From positions 108,996,001 to 109,060,000 of the forward strand of contig OZ024740.1 in assembly GCA_964016885.1 (NCBI GenBank): a stretch of 64,000 nt of DNA, written 5' to 3'. This document shows positions 1 to 12,644 of the stretch, one piece after another. The position numbers were made by a program, and so were the translations under genes. A model generated the notes under the pieces. That model worked only from the letters and a program-made list of their open reading frames with translations. It ran no database searches and had not been told where the DNA came from. Origin of the DNA: Eledone cirrhosa (Eukaryota). Position 1 is the stretch's first letter, and each line of letters opens with the position of its first letter.

Positions 1-252
1 TGGAGGTGCCACGGCAAAAAAGCACCCAGCCCACACTGTAAAGTGGACGTGTAGGCGCCACGAAAAAGCACCCAGCACTCACTGTAAATGGGGTTGGTGT
101 TAGGAAGGGCATCCAGCTGTAGAAATCAAGCCAGATCAGTTCCTGTATGAGCAAGGCATGGTCAGCCGACCAGACACTGCCCACAACAGGACAACCCGTC
201 TAACCCATGCTAGCGTGGAAGAACGGACGTAAAACGGTGATGATGATGATGA
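1..252 (+). mobile_element. RTE-clade LINE 3' UTR ending in a (GAT)n tail (runs off the window start)
   Basis: Near-identical to 888-1146, which follows an RTE ORF stop codon; ends in gatgatgat. Confidence 0.85.
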
Positions 253-535
<283 letters not shown>

Positions 536-1146
536 ATAAAAGCATAAATGAATTGAGAGAGAGACTGAGCATAAGAGGAATCAAATGCTGCGTGCAGGAG
601 AGGCGGTTACGCTGGTATGGACATGTGATGCGTATGAAGGATGACAGCTGCATAAAAAGGTGCAGAGCACTAGAAGTTGATGGAAACCGCGGAGTGGGGA
701 GACCCAAGATGACTTGGGATGAGGTGATAAAAGCCGACCTTACCCAACTACACCTCTCAAAGTCAATGACACACGACCGTGACTTCTGGCGTCACGCAGT
801 AATACAGGGTACCCGACCTCCCATGGGTACATGCTGAAGCATATAAACAATATGCCCCCCCCCCCCCCCCCCACCGCAAGGTGGTCGTGGAGGTGCCACG
901 GCAAAAAAGCACCCAGCCCACACTGTAAAGTGGACGTGTAGGCGCCACGAAAAAGCACCCAGCACTCACTGTAAATGAGGTTGGTGTTAGGAAGGGCATC
1001 CAGCTGTAGAAATCAAGCCAGATCAGTTCCTGTATGAGCAAGGCATGGTCAGCCGACCAGACACTGCCCACAACAGGACAACCCGTCTAACCCATGCTAG
1101 CGTGGAAGAACGGACGTAAAACGGTGATGATGATGATGATGATGAT
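536..1146 (+). mobile_element. 5'-truncated RTE LINE (ORF C-terminus + 3' UTR + (GAT)n tail)
   Basis: ORF 553-837 has [13 protein letters not shown]...GRPKMTW, typical of the RTE C-terminus; homologous to the end of ORF 13833-16211. Confidence 0.9.
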
Positions 1147-1445
1147 ATATATATATACATGTAAAAGTTCTATTTAAATTGTTAGGATACAACAAGCAAA
1201 TATTTTTATAACTGATATAAAGCACTCAACAAATAATTGGAGTAAAAATACGATATTAACAAATGGAAACTATATTTATAAAACCATATTTATTTCATTA
1301 TACATATTTCAAGGACACCAAGTTAAATTATGGTGTGCTTTCATCAGAAATAAAGTTATAACCCCATTATCCGGGAGCTTCCAACAGTGATGGTTGAATT
1401 CTTTAAGGGTATGTCAATATTTATTTATAAAACTGTTCTATATTA

Positions 1446-1510
1446 TATTTTATCTGATGAAAGCACACCATAATTTCACTTGGTGTCCTTGAAATATGTA
1501 TAATGAAATA
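1446..1510 (+). ncRNA. Minimal type I hammerhead ribozyme motif (PLE-type)
   Basis: Stem I tattttat/atgaaata; CTGATGA 1454-1460; stem II aagcacacca/tggtgtcctt; GAAA 1491-1494; 2-bp stem III; cleavage triplet ATA. Confidence 0.65.
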
Positions 1511-1602
1511 AATATATACATATATATATATATATATACATACATATACATACATACATACATACATACATACATACATACATACATACATACATACATA
1601 CA

Positions 1603-1693
<91 letters not shown>

Positions 1694-1730
1694 GTATATA
1701 TATATACATATATATATATATATACATATA

Positions 1731-1928
1731 TCATCATCATCATCATCGTTTAACGTCCATATTCCAGGCTTGCATGGGTTTGGACAGGAGTTTTCCCACT
1801 TGAGGCAAGGACTGTCTGGCGGGTTTTCTACGACTGGATGCCTTTCCTAACACTAACCACATTTACAGTGTGGAACTGGGAGGTTTTTACCGTGTTACCT
1901 ACACGGCCACATTACAGCGTGAACTGTG
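1731..1928 (-). mobile_element. RTE LINE 3'-terminal fragment
   Basis: (CAT)n tail plus sequence matching 13338-13545; a similar short copy is at 46204-46441. Confidence 0.85.
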
Positions 1929-1937
1929 TATATATAC

Positions 1938-1994
<57 letters not shown>

Positions 1995-2000
1995 AATATG

Positions 2001-2034
<34 letters not shown>

Positions 2035-2058
2035 GTATATATACATATATATATATAC

Positions 2059-2089
<31 letters not shown>

Positions 2090-2177
2090 CATATATATAA
2101 ATATATACATATACATATATATAAATATATACATATATATATATATAAATATATACATATATATATAAATATATACA

Positions 2178-2233
<56 letters not shown>

Positions 2234-2329
2234 CACATATATATATATATATAAATATATATATATACACATATATATATATATAAATATATATATATAC
2301 ACATATATATATATACATATATACATACA

Positions 2330-2363
<34 letters not shown>

Positions 2364-2390
2364 CATACATACATATATATATATATACAT

Positions 2391-3339
2391 AAGGAGGAGG
2401 TTATAGTTCACTTGAAGCATTGTGTAATGAGGTATAAACGTTTGTATATGTATAATAAAGCCAAAACAATGCAAGTATGGACATAGAATAAAGAATGCAA
2501 ATGCATAAGATATTGTTGACAATTAGTCTTTTATCTTAGATTTATTTAAATGTCCTAAATTTTCGAGATAATATCTCTTCTTCAGAGGGAATAAAGTTGT
2601 CAAACCAGTGTTCTAAAAAGCTTGCCAAGTCATGCTGACAGGAAATGGTATAGAGTATCTGTTCTATCTCTAATTCCAAAGAGTTAAGATTAGGTGGATA
2701 AAGAGTAGTCTCCCTTTAAGAGGGGTTTGTTTATGTTTTTTTTGTTTTTTTGTACATGCCTGTTTAAGTGAGTGGGAGAATGCATGAAGGTGTAAGTATG
2801 TGAGTGTGTGTGTGTGAGTGTGAGAAGATATGTCTATACGTAAATGTGGGGGATAGATGTTATCTCGTGTTAGAACAGGTTTAGTGTGTGTATGTGTGAG
2901 AGAGAATAAGTGGAGGTGCAATCGTGTATGTGTGTGTGTGTGCGTGCATGTGGGGTTTGTGTAAATATGGGCTAGGAGCTCTATTAAGTTATAAATTGGG
3001 TGTTGAGTTCTAGTCTATTATTAATTGGTGGTTGCGTTTTATCTATAATTAGTGCTTCCTTAATTCTAAGATTGCCGAGGTTTCTTTCCTTAGTTTCTAT
3101 CCTAACTGTTATGGTTTTGTCGGTGTTTTTGCATTTAACTAGGTGTTTCTTAAATGAGGAAGCGTTAGTATTGAGGTGTTCTTTTATTCTTATGTGGAGT
3201 GGTCTGGTGGTGCTACCTACGTAGTTGTTGCATTTGTCACACTCTAGTCTGTATACGACGTAAGCCTGGTGGCATAGGTCTGTGTCGTTGATGGGGCAGT
3301 TGGCTAGTCTGCAGCATACTTAGGGTAGTAGAGTGGGTA
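2391..3339 (-). mobile_element. 5'-truncated Penelope-like element (GIY-YIG end + 3' region)
   Basis: GIY-YIG coding frame followed by a ~600-nt trailer ending at a TA tract; degenerate hammerhead-like motif at about 2551-2592. Confidence 0.8.
2984..3318 (-). pseudogene. GIY-YIG endonuclease domain of a PLE (not in the ORF track)
   Basis: Manual translation VCCRLANCPINDTDLCHQAYVVYRLECDKCNNYVGSTTRPLHIRIKEH...LRIKEALIIDKTQPPINNRLE shows VVY/YVG, R..EH and E...N motifs. Confidence 0.85.
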
Positions 3340-3445
3340 ATAGGAACAAGTAAGACCCCGACTGCTGAGCTCAAGCCGTTTCGAATTACAGAATTAGCCG
3401 TCGAAATGGCTTGAGCTCAGCCGTCGGGGTCTTACTTGTTCCTAT
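3340..3445. repeat. Fold-back hairpin (~45-bp arms) made of the 3' half of the hammerhead seen at 7960-8053
   Basis: ataggaacaagtaagaccccgac.../...gtcggggtcttacttgttcctat; 3389-3444 matches 8012-8066. Confidence 0.9.
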
Positions 3446-3502
3446 ATATATATATATATATATATATGTGTATATATACATATATACACATATATATATA
3501 TT

Positions 3503-4042
<540 letters not shown>

Positions 4043-4337
4043 AAACAAAATGAAAACGAAATTTCATTTCTCACTCTTAGTATGGCACTTACTTAAATGT
4101 AAGTATGCATGTATACGTACATACATATATGTATACAGACGTACAGTAGCATGCACATATATATATATATATACATATATATATACATATGCATACAGGT
4201 ACACATACATATATGCACGTATCAGTTTAGCGGCGCTAACGTCGCTTTGTTCGTTTGTAAACAAACTGAACAGCCTGAATTTATGCCATACGGTGTTAAG
4301 GCAACCACGTCACCTTTTTGTTCAACACTGACACAGG

Positions 4338-4382
4338 AACGATGTACTAGTTTCAAGCTTGTTAGCTATCATCAGCACCGTT
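4338..4382 (-). ncRNA. Minimal type I hammerhead ribozyme, unit 1
   Basis: Minus strand: aacggtg CTGATGA t-agct-aaca-agct-t GAAA ctag TA catcgtt; palindromic stem III actagt; GUA cleavage site. Confidence 0.85.
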
Positions 4383-4455
4383 TACCCATCTGCCAGATAG
4401 TTGAACGTTCGAAAGTATATACTTTCCTTATGAAAATTAACGGCTGAGCAGCCTA

Positions 4456-4463
4456 ATTTGCAT
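4456..4463. promoter_or_regulatory. Octamer motif ATTTGCAT (present in every 466-bp unit)
   Basis: Perfect consensus in the context aATTTGCATat, about 75 nt upstream of the hammerhead on the ribozyme strand. Confidence 0.45.
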
Positions 4464-4805
4464 ATTGAGTGAGTTAAATCGGTCAGGCATACCGAAAACG
4501 ATAAATTGAAACAAAATGAAAACGAAATTTCATTTCTCACTCTTAGTATGGCACTTACTTAAATGTAAGTATGCATGTATACGTACATACATATATGTAT
4601 ACAGACGTACAGTAGCATGCACATATATATATATATATATACATATATATATACATATGCATACAGGTACACATACATATATGCACGTATCTGTTTAGCG
4701 GCGCTAACGTCGCTTTGTTCGTTTGTAAACAAACTGAACAGCCTGAATTTATGCCATACGGTGTTAAGGCAACCACGTCACCTTTTTGTTCAACACTGAC
4801 ACAGG

Positions 4806-4850
4806 AACGATGTACTAGTTTCAAGCTTGTTAGCTATCATCAGCACCGTT
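4806..4850 (-). ncRNA. Minimal type I hammerhead ribozyme, unit 2
   Basis: Same sequence as unit 1. Confidence 0.85.
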
Positions 4851-5271
4851 TACCCATCTGCCAGATAGTTGAACGTTCGAAAGTATATACTTTCCTTATG
4901 AAAATTAACGGCTGAGCAGCCTAATTTGCATATTGAGTGAGTTAAATCGGTCAGGCATACCGAAAACGATAAATTGAAACAAAATGAAAACGAAATTTCA
5001 TTTCTCACTCTTAGTATGGCACTTACTTAAATGTAAGTATGCATGTATACGTACATACATATATGTATACAGACGTACAGTAGCATGCACATATATATAT
5101 ATATATACATATATATATACATATGCATACAGGTACACATACATATATGCACGTATCAGTTTAGCGGCGCTAACGTCGCTTTGTTCGTTTGTAAACAAAC
5201 TGAACAGCCTGAATTTATGCCATACGGTGTTAAGGCAACCACGTCACCTTTTTGTTCAACACTGACACAGG

Positions 5272-5316
5272 AACGATGTACTAGTTTCAAGCTTGTTAGC
5301 TATCATCAGCACCGTT
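5272..5316 (-). ncRNA. Minimal type I hammerhead ribozyme, unit 3
   Basis: Same sequence as unit 1. Confidence 0.85.
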
Positions 5317-5731
5317 TACCCATCTGCCAGATAGTTGAACGTTCGAAAGTATATACTTTCCTTATGAAAATTAACGGCTGAGCAGCCTAATTTGCATATT
5401 GAGTGAGTTAAATCGGTCAGGCATACCGAAAACGATAAATTGAAACAAAATGAAAACGAAATTTCATTTCTCACTCTTAGTATGGCACTTACTTAAATGT
5501 AAGTATGCATGTATACGTACATACATATATGTATACAGACGTACAGTAGCATGCACATATATATATACATATATATATACATATGCATACAGGTACACAT
5601 ACATATATGCACGTATCAGTTTAGCGGCGCTAACGTCGCTTTGTTCGTTTGTAAACAAACTGAACAGCCTGAATTTATGCCATACGGTGTTAAGGCAACC
5701 ACGTCACCTTTTTGTTCAACACTGACACAGG

Positions 5732-5776
5732 AACGATGTACTAGTTTCAAGCTTGTTAGCTATCATCAGCACCGTT
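5732..5776 (-). ncRNA. Minimal type I hammerhead ribozyme, unit 4
   Basis: Same sequence as unit 1. Confidence 0.85.
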
Positions 5777-6197
5777 TACCCATCTGCCAGATAGTTGAAC
5801 GTTCGAAAGTATATTCTTTCCTTATGAAAATTAACGGCTGAGCAGCCTAATTTGCATATTGAGTGAGTTAAATCGGTCAGGCATACCGAAAACGATAAAT
5901 TGAAACAAAATGAAAACGAAATTTCATTTCTCACTCTTAGTATGGCACTTACTTAAATGTAAGTATGCATGTATACGTACATACATATATGTATACAGAC
6001 GTACAGTAGCATGCACATATATATATATATATACATATATATATACATATGCATACAGGTACACATACATATATGCACGTATCAGTTTAGCGGCGCTAAC
6101 GTCGCTTTGTTCGTTTGTAAACAAACTGAACAGCCTGAATTTATGCCATACGGTGTTAAGGCAACCACGTCACCTTTTTGTTCAACACTGACACAGG

Positions 6198-6242
6198 AAC
6201 GATGTACTAGTTTCAAGCTTGTTAGCTATCATCAGCACCGTT
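6198..6242 (-). ncRNA. Minimal type I hammerhead ribozyme, unit 5
   Basis: Same sequence as unit 1. Confidence 0.85.
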
Positions 6243-6389
6243 TACCCATCTGCCAGATAGTTGAACGTTCGAAAGTATATACTTTCCTTATGAAAATTAA
6301 CGGCTGAGCAGCCTAATTTGCATATTGAGTGAGTTAAATCGGTCAGGCATACCGAAAACGATAAATTGAAACAAAATGAAAACGTGCAT

Positions 6390-8066
6390 GCTAAACCTGC
6401 CAGTAGGAGAAAGAGGGGAGGGGTGGAGTAGCCCCAATCAAGCGTTTGTAGTGCCAGCTACAGCTGGGCATGAGGTCAAAGAAGATACAGGGGAGGGGGA
6501 GGGGGAGGAAGTCGGAACGGTAGGTAGAACAATGGAGGGTAGAAATATATAGGAAAGAAAAAATACTGAGAGTGAAGAAAAGCAAATAAGTCTAAAGAAA
6601 AACAAATGAGTGTAAAGAAAAAATTAAAGTAAATTAAATTCTACGACCTAGGTCTCTAGCTATTGTTAGTCTAGAATAAATAAATAAATAAAGAAAGAAA
6701 GAAGTAAAGAAAGAAATAAAGAAATAACGAAATAAGTAAAAGAACTAGGTGGGACGAAATAGGCGAGGACCCTTTTAAGAGGTATAAGTACGTAAATGAT
6801 ACGGTGACGGGTCAACAAAAGGGGCCAAAATACTAAAGAGACTACCACAAAATAAACAATAAAGGTTTCCATCCCGGGCACAATTCCAGCAACCACCCAG
6901 TGCAGCAAAGTGAACTAATACGAGATAATAATTCTGAGTCCCGAGAAAAATATATACTAATGCTAACTCTAAAAGATCTAAAACAAGCTACATGAAAGTT
7001 CGTACGAAGTAAAGGTAGAATACGGAAGAATAAATTCAGAATCCACCCCGCCCAAAAGAAAAGCGAAGAAAGAAATACTGAAACGAAAAAATAAGGCATA
7101 AATGCCACTAAGAAATATAGAGGGCACAGAGAATAGTGGGAGCGGTCGGAAAAAGGGGACAAGTATCCGGGGTCTAAACCAACTGCTATAAAAGGCGGAG
7201 TCCGCCAAATCTAGGTGGAATCGGGGTGGATTCTGAATTTATTCTTCCGTATTCTACCTTTACTTCGTACGAACTTTCATGTAGCTTGTTTTAGATCTTT
7301 TAGAGTTAGCATTAGTATATATTTTTCTCGGGACTCAGAATTATTATCTCGTATTAGTTCACTTTGCTGCACTGGGTGGTTGCTGGAATTGTGCCCGGGA
7401 TGGAAACCTTTATTGTTTATTTTGTGGTAGTCTCTTTAGTATTTTGGCCCCTTTTGTTGACCCGTCACCGTATCATTTACGTACTTATACCTCTTAAAAG
7501 GGTCCTCGCCTATTTCGTCCCACCTAGTTCTTTTACTTATTTCGTTATTTCTTTATTTCTTTCTTTACTTCTTTCTTTCTTTATTTATTTATTTATTCTA
7601 GACTAACAATAGCTAGAGACCTAGGTCGTAGAATTTAATTTACTTTAATTTTTTCTTTACACTCATTTGTTTTTCTTTACACTTATTTGCTTTTCTTCAC
7701 TCTCAGTATTTTTTCTTTCCTATATATTTCTACCCTCCATTGTTCTACCTACCGTTCCGACTTCCCCCCCCTCCCCCTCCCCTGTATCTTCTTTGACCTC
7801 ATGCCCAGCTGTAGCTGGCACTACAAACGCTTGATTGGGGCTACTCCACCCCCTCCCCTCTTTCTCCTACTGGCAGGTTTAGCCACCATCTCCCCTACTA
7901 ATTTGCAACCACAGAATTACTACTGATTTTTGACAATCACTTTGACCATATATGGAATTACCCCTTGAGAAGATCGGCTATTTAAATACCAGGATAAATT
8001 TTCATTTAGTCCAGAATTAGCCGTCGAAACGGCTTGAGCTCAGCTGTCGGGGTCTTACTGGTTCCT
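6390..8066 (+). mobile_element. Non-coding PLE-like element with a ~660-bp inverted repeat (6390-7050 / 7222-7883) and a 3' hammerhead
   Basis: Arms are reverse complements with only a few mismatches; 171-bp spacer; ends at a TA tract just after the hammerhead. Confidence 0.75.
7960..8053 (+). ncRNA. Type I hammerhead ribozyme, U3-A8 core variant
   Basis: Stem I acccc/ggggt; core TTGAGAA 7965-7971; stem II ga(t)cggcta/tagccgtc; GAAA 8026-8029; stem III acggct/agctgt around palindromic tgagctca; GTC 8046-8048. Confidence 0.65.
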
Positions 8067-8232
8067 ATATATATATATACATATATATACATATATATAT
8101 ATACATATATATATATATACATATACATATATATATAACACATGCAAGCGTGGAATGTGGACGTTAAACGATGATGATGATGATGATGATGATGATGATA
8201 TACATATATATATATACATATATATATATATC

Positions 8233-8315
<83 letters not shown>

Positions 8316-8329
8316 TTTTAATATAGATG

Positions 8330-8380
8330 AGATTCTACAGGACTAGAACTGTTTCATTCTTTAGAAATCATCAGGAATCT
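8330..8380 (-). ncRNA. Type I hammerhead ribozyme in a ~215-bp insert (8313-8528) between TA tracts
   Basis: Minus strand: agattc CTGATGA t-ttc-taaa-gaa-t GAAA cag-ttctagtc-ctg TA gaatct. Confidence 0.8.
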
Positions 8381-8525
8381 GGGTATCAAAAAATAAAAAT
8401 GGTATTTATAGGTCTCTACAAGTGGTAGGAGAGGGTGGGAAGTGGGATGGGTGCAGGTCATTGGTTGATGCTATGTATTGAGTACCTTACTTACTGTGGT
8501 TACCTCCGATTCAACCCGGAATAAC

Positions 8526-8694
<169 letters not shown>

Positions 8695-8707
8695 CATATA
8701 TATATAC

Positions 8708-8740
<33 letters not shown>

Positions 8741-9037
8741 CATATATACAAGTTAATATAAATTAATATATTTGATAAACACAAATACCAACATATCCGT
8801 GTTTGTATTGTAAATGACTAAGTTAGCTAGATTGAAAAATACTAATTATAATAATACATAAATATACATATATATATATATATGCATATATATATACATA
8901 TATACATATATATACATATATATATACATATATACATATATACATATATACATATATATACATATATATATACATATATATACATATATATATATACATA
9001 TATATATATACACTCACACACACACACATACATACAT

Positions 9038-9070
<33 letters not shown>

Positions 9071-10546
9071 CTGGGCCTACAAAACCACAATTCAAAATAT
9101 ATGGTACATTGTAAATTTTGCATGTAAAATGGAGGTGCAAATTATCTGTCAAGCAGTGCGACTTAGCCAAGAGTATATAAGTTATTTTATAAAAGAATGT
9201 TAAGTTAAAGCTAAGTGTAAAGACAAGAAAATAAAGAATGAAAGTATTATATATACTTACAAGAAGAATAAATGACTTGTGAAAATACAAGCAAAATGAG
9301 ACATATTACACATGTGCTTTTTCTTGATAACATGGCTGAGCCACTTCTGACCCACTATAAGGCCTCTTTCATCCTACAAACAAATAAACAAAAAAACAAA
9401 CATTAGTTTTGATGAAACTGAAAATGTAAGGGAGTGGAATTAACTCTTGGAAGTCCTAAAGGGGTCATAGGCATTGGCCTTTCTTCCCTCAGTAAACAAA
9501 AAAATTTCCTTAATAGTATCTATCATAACTGCTTTAAAAATTATTTTTTTAATTAGAGAATATTTTACACAAAAATCAGAAATAAAACTGAAACTTAATT
9601 CTTTCATTACCACATTTCTAATGAAAATATTGTATGTGATTTTGAAAGAATTTTGAAACTAATCAAAAATTTAGTCGAGCTTAGTAATATATATAACTTT
9701 TTCATTAAGCTGATCTCTGGAACATAATTTACCAAAGGGTTTTTAAATAAATATAAACACTTTAAAATAAACAGTTTTGTATTGTAGTACCAGGATTAGT
9801 TCCAGGCAGTTTGGTATCAAAAGAGTAAAACAATATAAATGCCTAGTGTTTATGTTCTGTAACTTAGCAGTTTGACAAAAAGAAATCGATAAAATAAACA
9901 CCACACTTGAAAAAGATACCCCAGTATGGCTGCATTCTAAAGACTGAAACTAGTACAAGAATAAATGAATAAAAGTTCATATATCATAGAGAAACATGAA
10001 TACTGACACTCAAAAATTCTTTGTTGGGGAGAATACTGCAAATTTTATCAAATGTGTTATTTACCGAAAGCTCAAACAGCTGAACAGTTGAGTAATATAT
10101 CTAATTTTCAAACCGCATTTTATTACAAACTGTGTTTGGTTTAAAATAGGCACACTGTATCTTTGCGTGCTGTATAAGAAGCAAAAAGAATGGTGTAAAT
10201 GCCTAAAAAAGTTCCATCCAACCCATGCCAGCATGAAAAACGATAATGATGATAACTATTACTGACATGGGTTTAACCCTTTCGTTACCATACTTCTAAT
10301 GAAAGGCAATGCTTATGATTTTCAAATAATTTAGAAAATAATCAAGAATTTGGTGGGATTTAGTAATATAACTTTCTTATAACAAATGTTCTTTAAAACA
10401 AACAGATTTTTATAGAACCTGACCTGAGTGTATATATGTGTATGCATGTGCATTTATATGTGTATGTGTGTGGTTCTATGATACATATATTCTCTGGTTT
10501 TATCACACACACAAACAACTAACAAAAATAAGGTGAAGCTATATTA

Positions 10547-11040
10547 ATAATAATAATAATAATGAAATATTGTGTACAGTGCTCAGGTGCACTACAACTC
10601 ATCAAAAAGTGTATGTATAGTACATAGGGTAATGTACAAACGTCAGGAAAATGAACAGTGCATGAGTCATGATATACACATGTGTGCATGTGTATGGAAG
10701 GGGGACATCAGGTGTAGTTTTGGCGAATTTCGGGAAGCATGAGGGTTTTAAAGGATCCAGTGTCTCGGCAGCTAACAACTGACGCAGGCAGTTTGTTCCA
10801 TGCTTCAGCAACTCTGAGAGTGAAAAAATGTTTCCGAAAGTCATGGGAGCTGTGCTCTGATTTTGTAGGCATGTCCACGTGTGTTAGACACATGGAGATC
10901 AAAAAGGTGCTCAGGGTTGTTGTTGGCGAGATGGTTAATAACTTTGTGGGTGTTTACCAAGTCCATTGCCAGACGTCGGAGCTTCAATGAATCCATGCCC
11001 AGGGAAGCAAGGCGTTCAGAGTATGTATTGTAAGTGTTTA
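10547..11040 (-). mobile_element. CR1-clade LINE 3' fragment
   Basis: YSERLASLGMDSLKLRRL...NTRGHAYK...FFTLRVAEAWNKLP; (ATT)n tail; other copies at about 39637-39975 (-) and 18621-18666 (+, terminus only). Confidence 0.88.
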
Positions 11041-12584
11041 TCAATGTTAAAGCACATCTGCAGAAGCAGACATAGTTTAATTAGAAGTATTACAGTATAA
11101 TTGGGGCTTCTCTGTTTATAAGCCTGTAGGTTAAAGAATAGAGCAAAAAGAAGAAGGGAGCACTTGCACAACATGCTCCTGAAGTTGAGGGTTGTTCTAT
11201 CGACGGGGTATTAAACAACCCATTTGTGGCGCTTCCCCCCCCCCCCCCCCCAATAGGGGATTTCGATTGTTATAATTGTTTGTTTCAATATTTTTATACG
11301 ATTGTATGTAAAATCCCTGGCATGTGTCTTTGTATTGTCCCCTTTTCTTGTGTGCCCTTGTGGCAAATAAAGAAATATATAAATTATTGCAGTAGAGGCT
11401 ATATTATCTAAACATGATAGGAACGGAGGCAACAGAAATCGTATTGTAGGTAATATTTTTCCACAAACCCAAGACTAACAAATAATAATGGTGGGTCAAT
11501 TATTTAAAAAAAAACAAAAACAAAACATTTGGGCAATATATTGGAACTTTAGGACTTAATAAATTTAGTGTTTAGATGTAAGAAAATACATGCCCTCTAT
11601 AAAATTAAAAGGTAAAGTCTTTATTTATTTATTTTTTTACTGGTTTCAGTTGTTAGACTGTGACCATGCTGGAGCACCCCCTATAAAGGATATAGTTGAT
11701 CATATCAAACCCAGTACTGATTTTTCAAGTCTGGCACATATTTTATCAATCACTTTTTGATGAAATGCTAAGTTCGGGATATAAAGACGCACACTCACAC
11801 AAATATCTCTATATAGAAACCATGCCAAACCCATTCAACTCATGCCACTATGAAAAAATAGACATTAAATGATGATGATGACACAAACACAAACACACAC
11901 ACACTAATCCATGTAGCAACGGAAAAACTGATATAAAAATACGATGGTGATGATAATGACTAACATAGCATGTAAACTAAAACAGTCAGTATAGAAAATG
12001 TACATACTTTTGTGAAATAAAGTTGGAGATGTGCTCCAAGTTTTCTTGGGAAAATAACGTACCTATAGAATGGTTGTCAAACAAACAACAGCATGCAAAC
12101 TAGTCCCACCACAAAGTATACCAAACAGTAAATATTTTATATGTATAAGCTGCTTTTGTGGGGGTGGGCATAATAACAAGCAGGGTTAAGTAAACTCAAA
12201 CAAGGATTAACAAATTCAAAACTGCAAGATCTGTGCTATGTGACTGAGAACTTGGTATGTATCATTCAACATGACTACATATATTTTTTAAATAAATATA
12301 AATATATTTTATTTTTACTAAATATATAAGGGGATGGGGAAGAAAAACAAAATTACAACTGCCATTCTACCTCTCCACATTTTTGCAAGAAAAACCTGTT
12401 TAGGGATTTTTATTCTCACAAAAGTTTGCAAACCAAAGAAGGCTAAGGTGGTAAACCTTAAACAACAGAACAGAAACTTTACAATTTCACAATACTATGC
12501 TATATAGAAAAAGTGAGTGAAATTGTGTTGTACTGTATGGCTTTATTAGTTACTGCCTGTCTGTCTGTCTGTATGTATGTATGC

Positions 12585-12633
<49 letters not shown>

Positions 12634-12644
12634 TACATACATTA

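Noticed and set aside
4050-6307. Repeated 93/112-aa ORFs in the 466-bp units
   Set aside because: They run through microsatellite, are frameshifted in unit 2 and show no recognisable domain; the unit is better explained as non-coding RNA
6391-7926. Hydrophobic F/L/I-rich ORFs in the inverted repeat
   Set aside because: Result of T-rich composition; duplicated only because of the inversion
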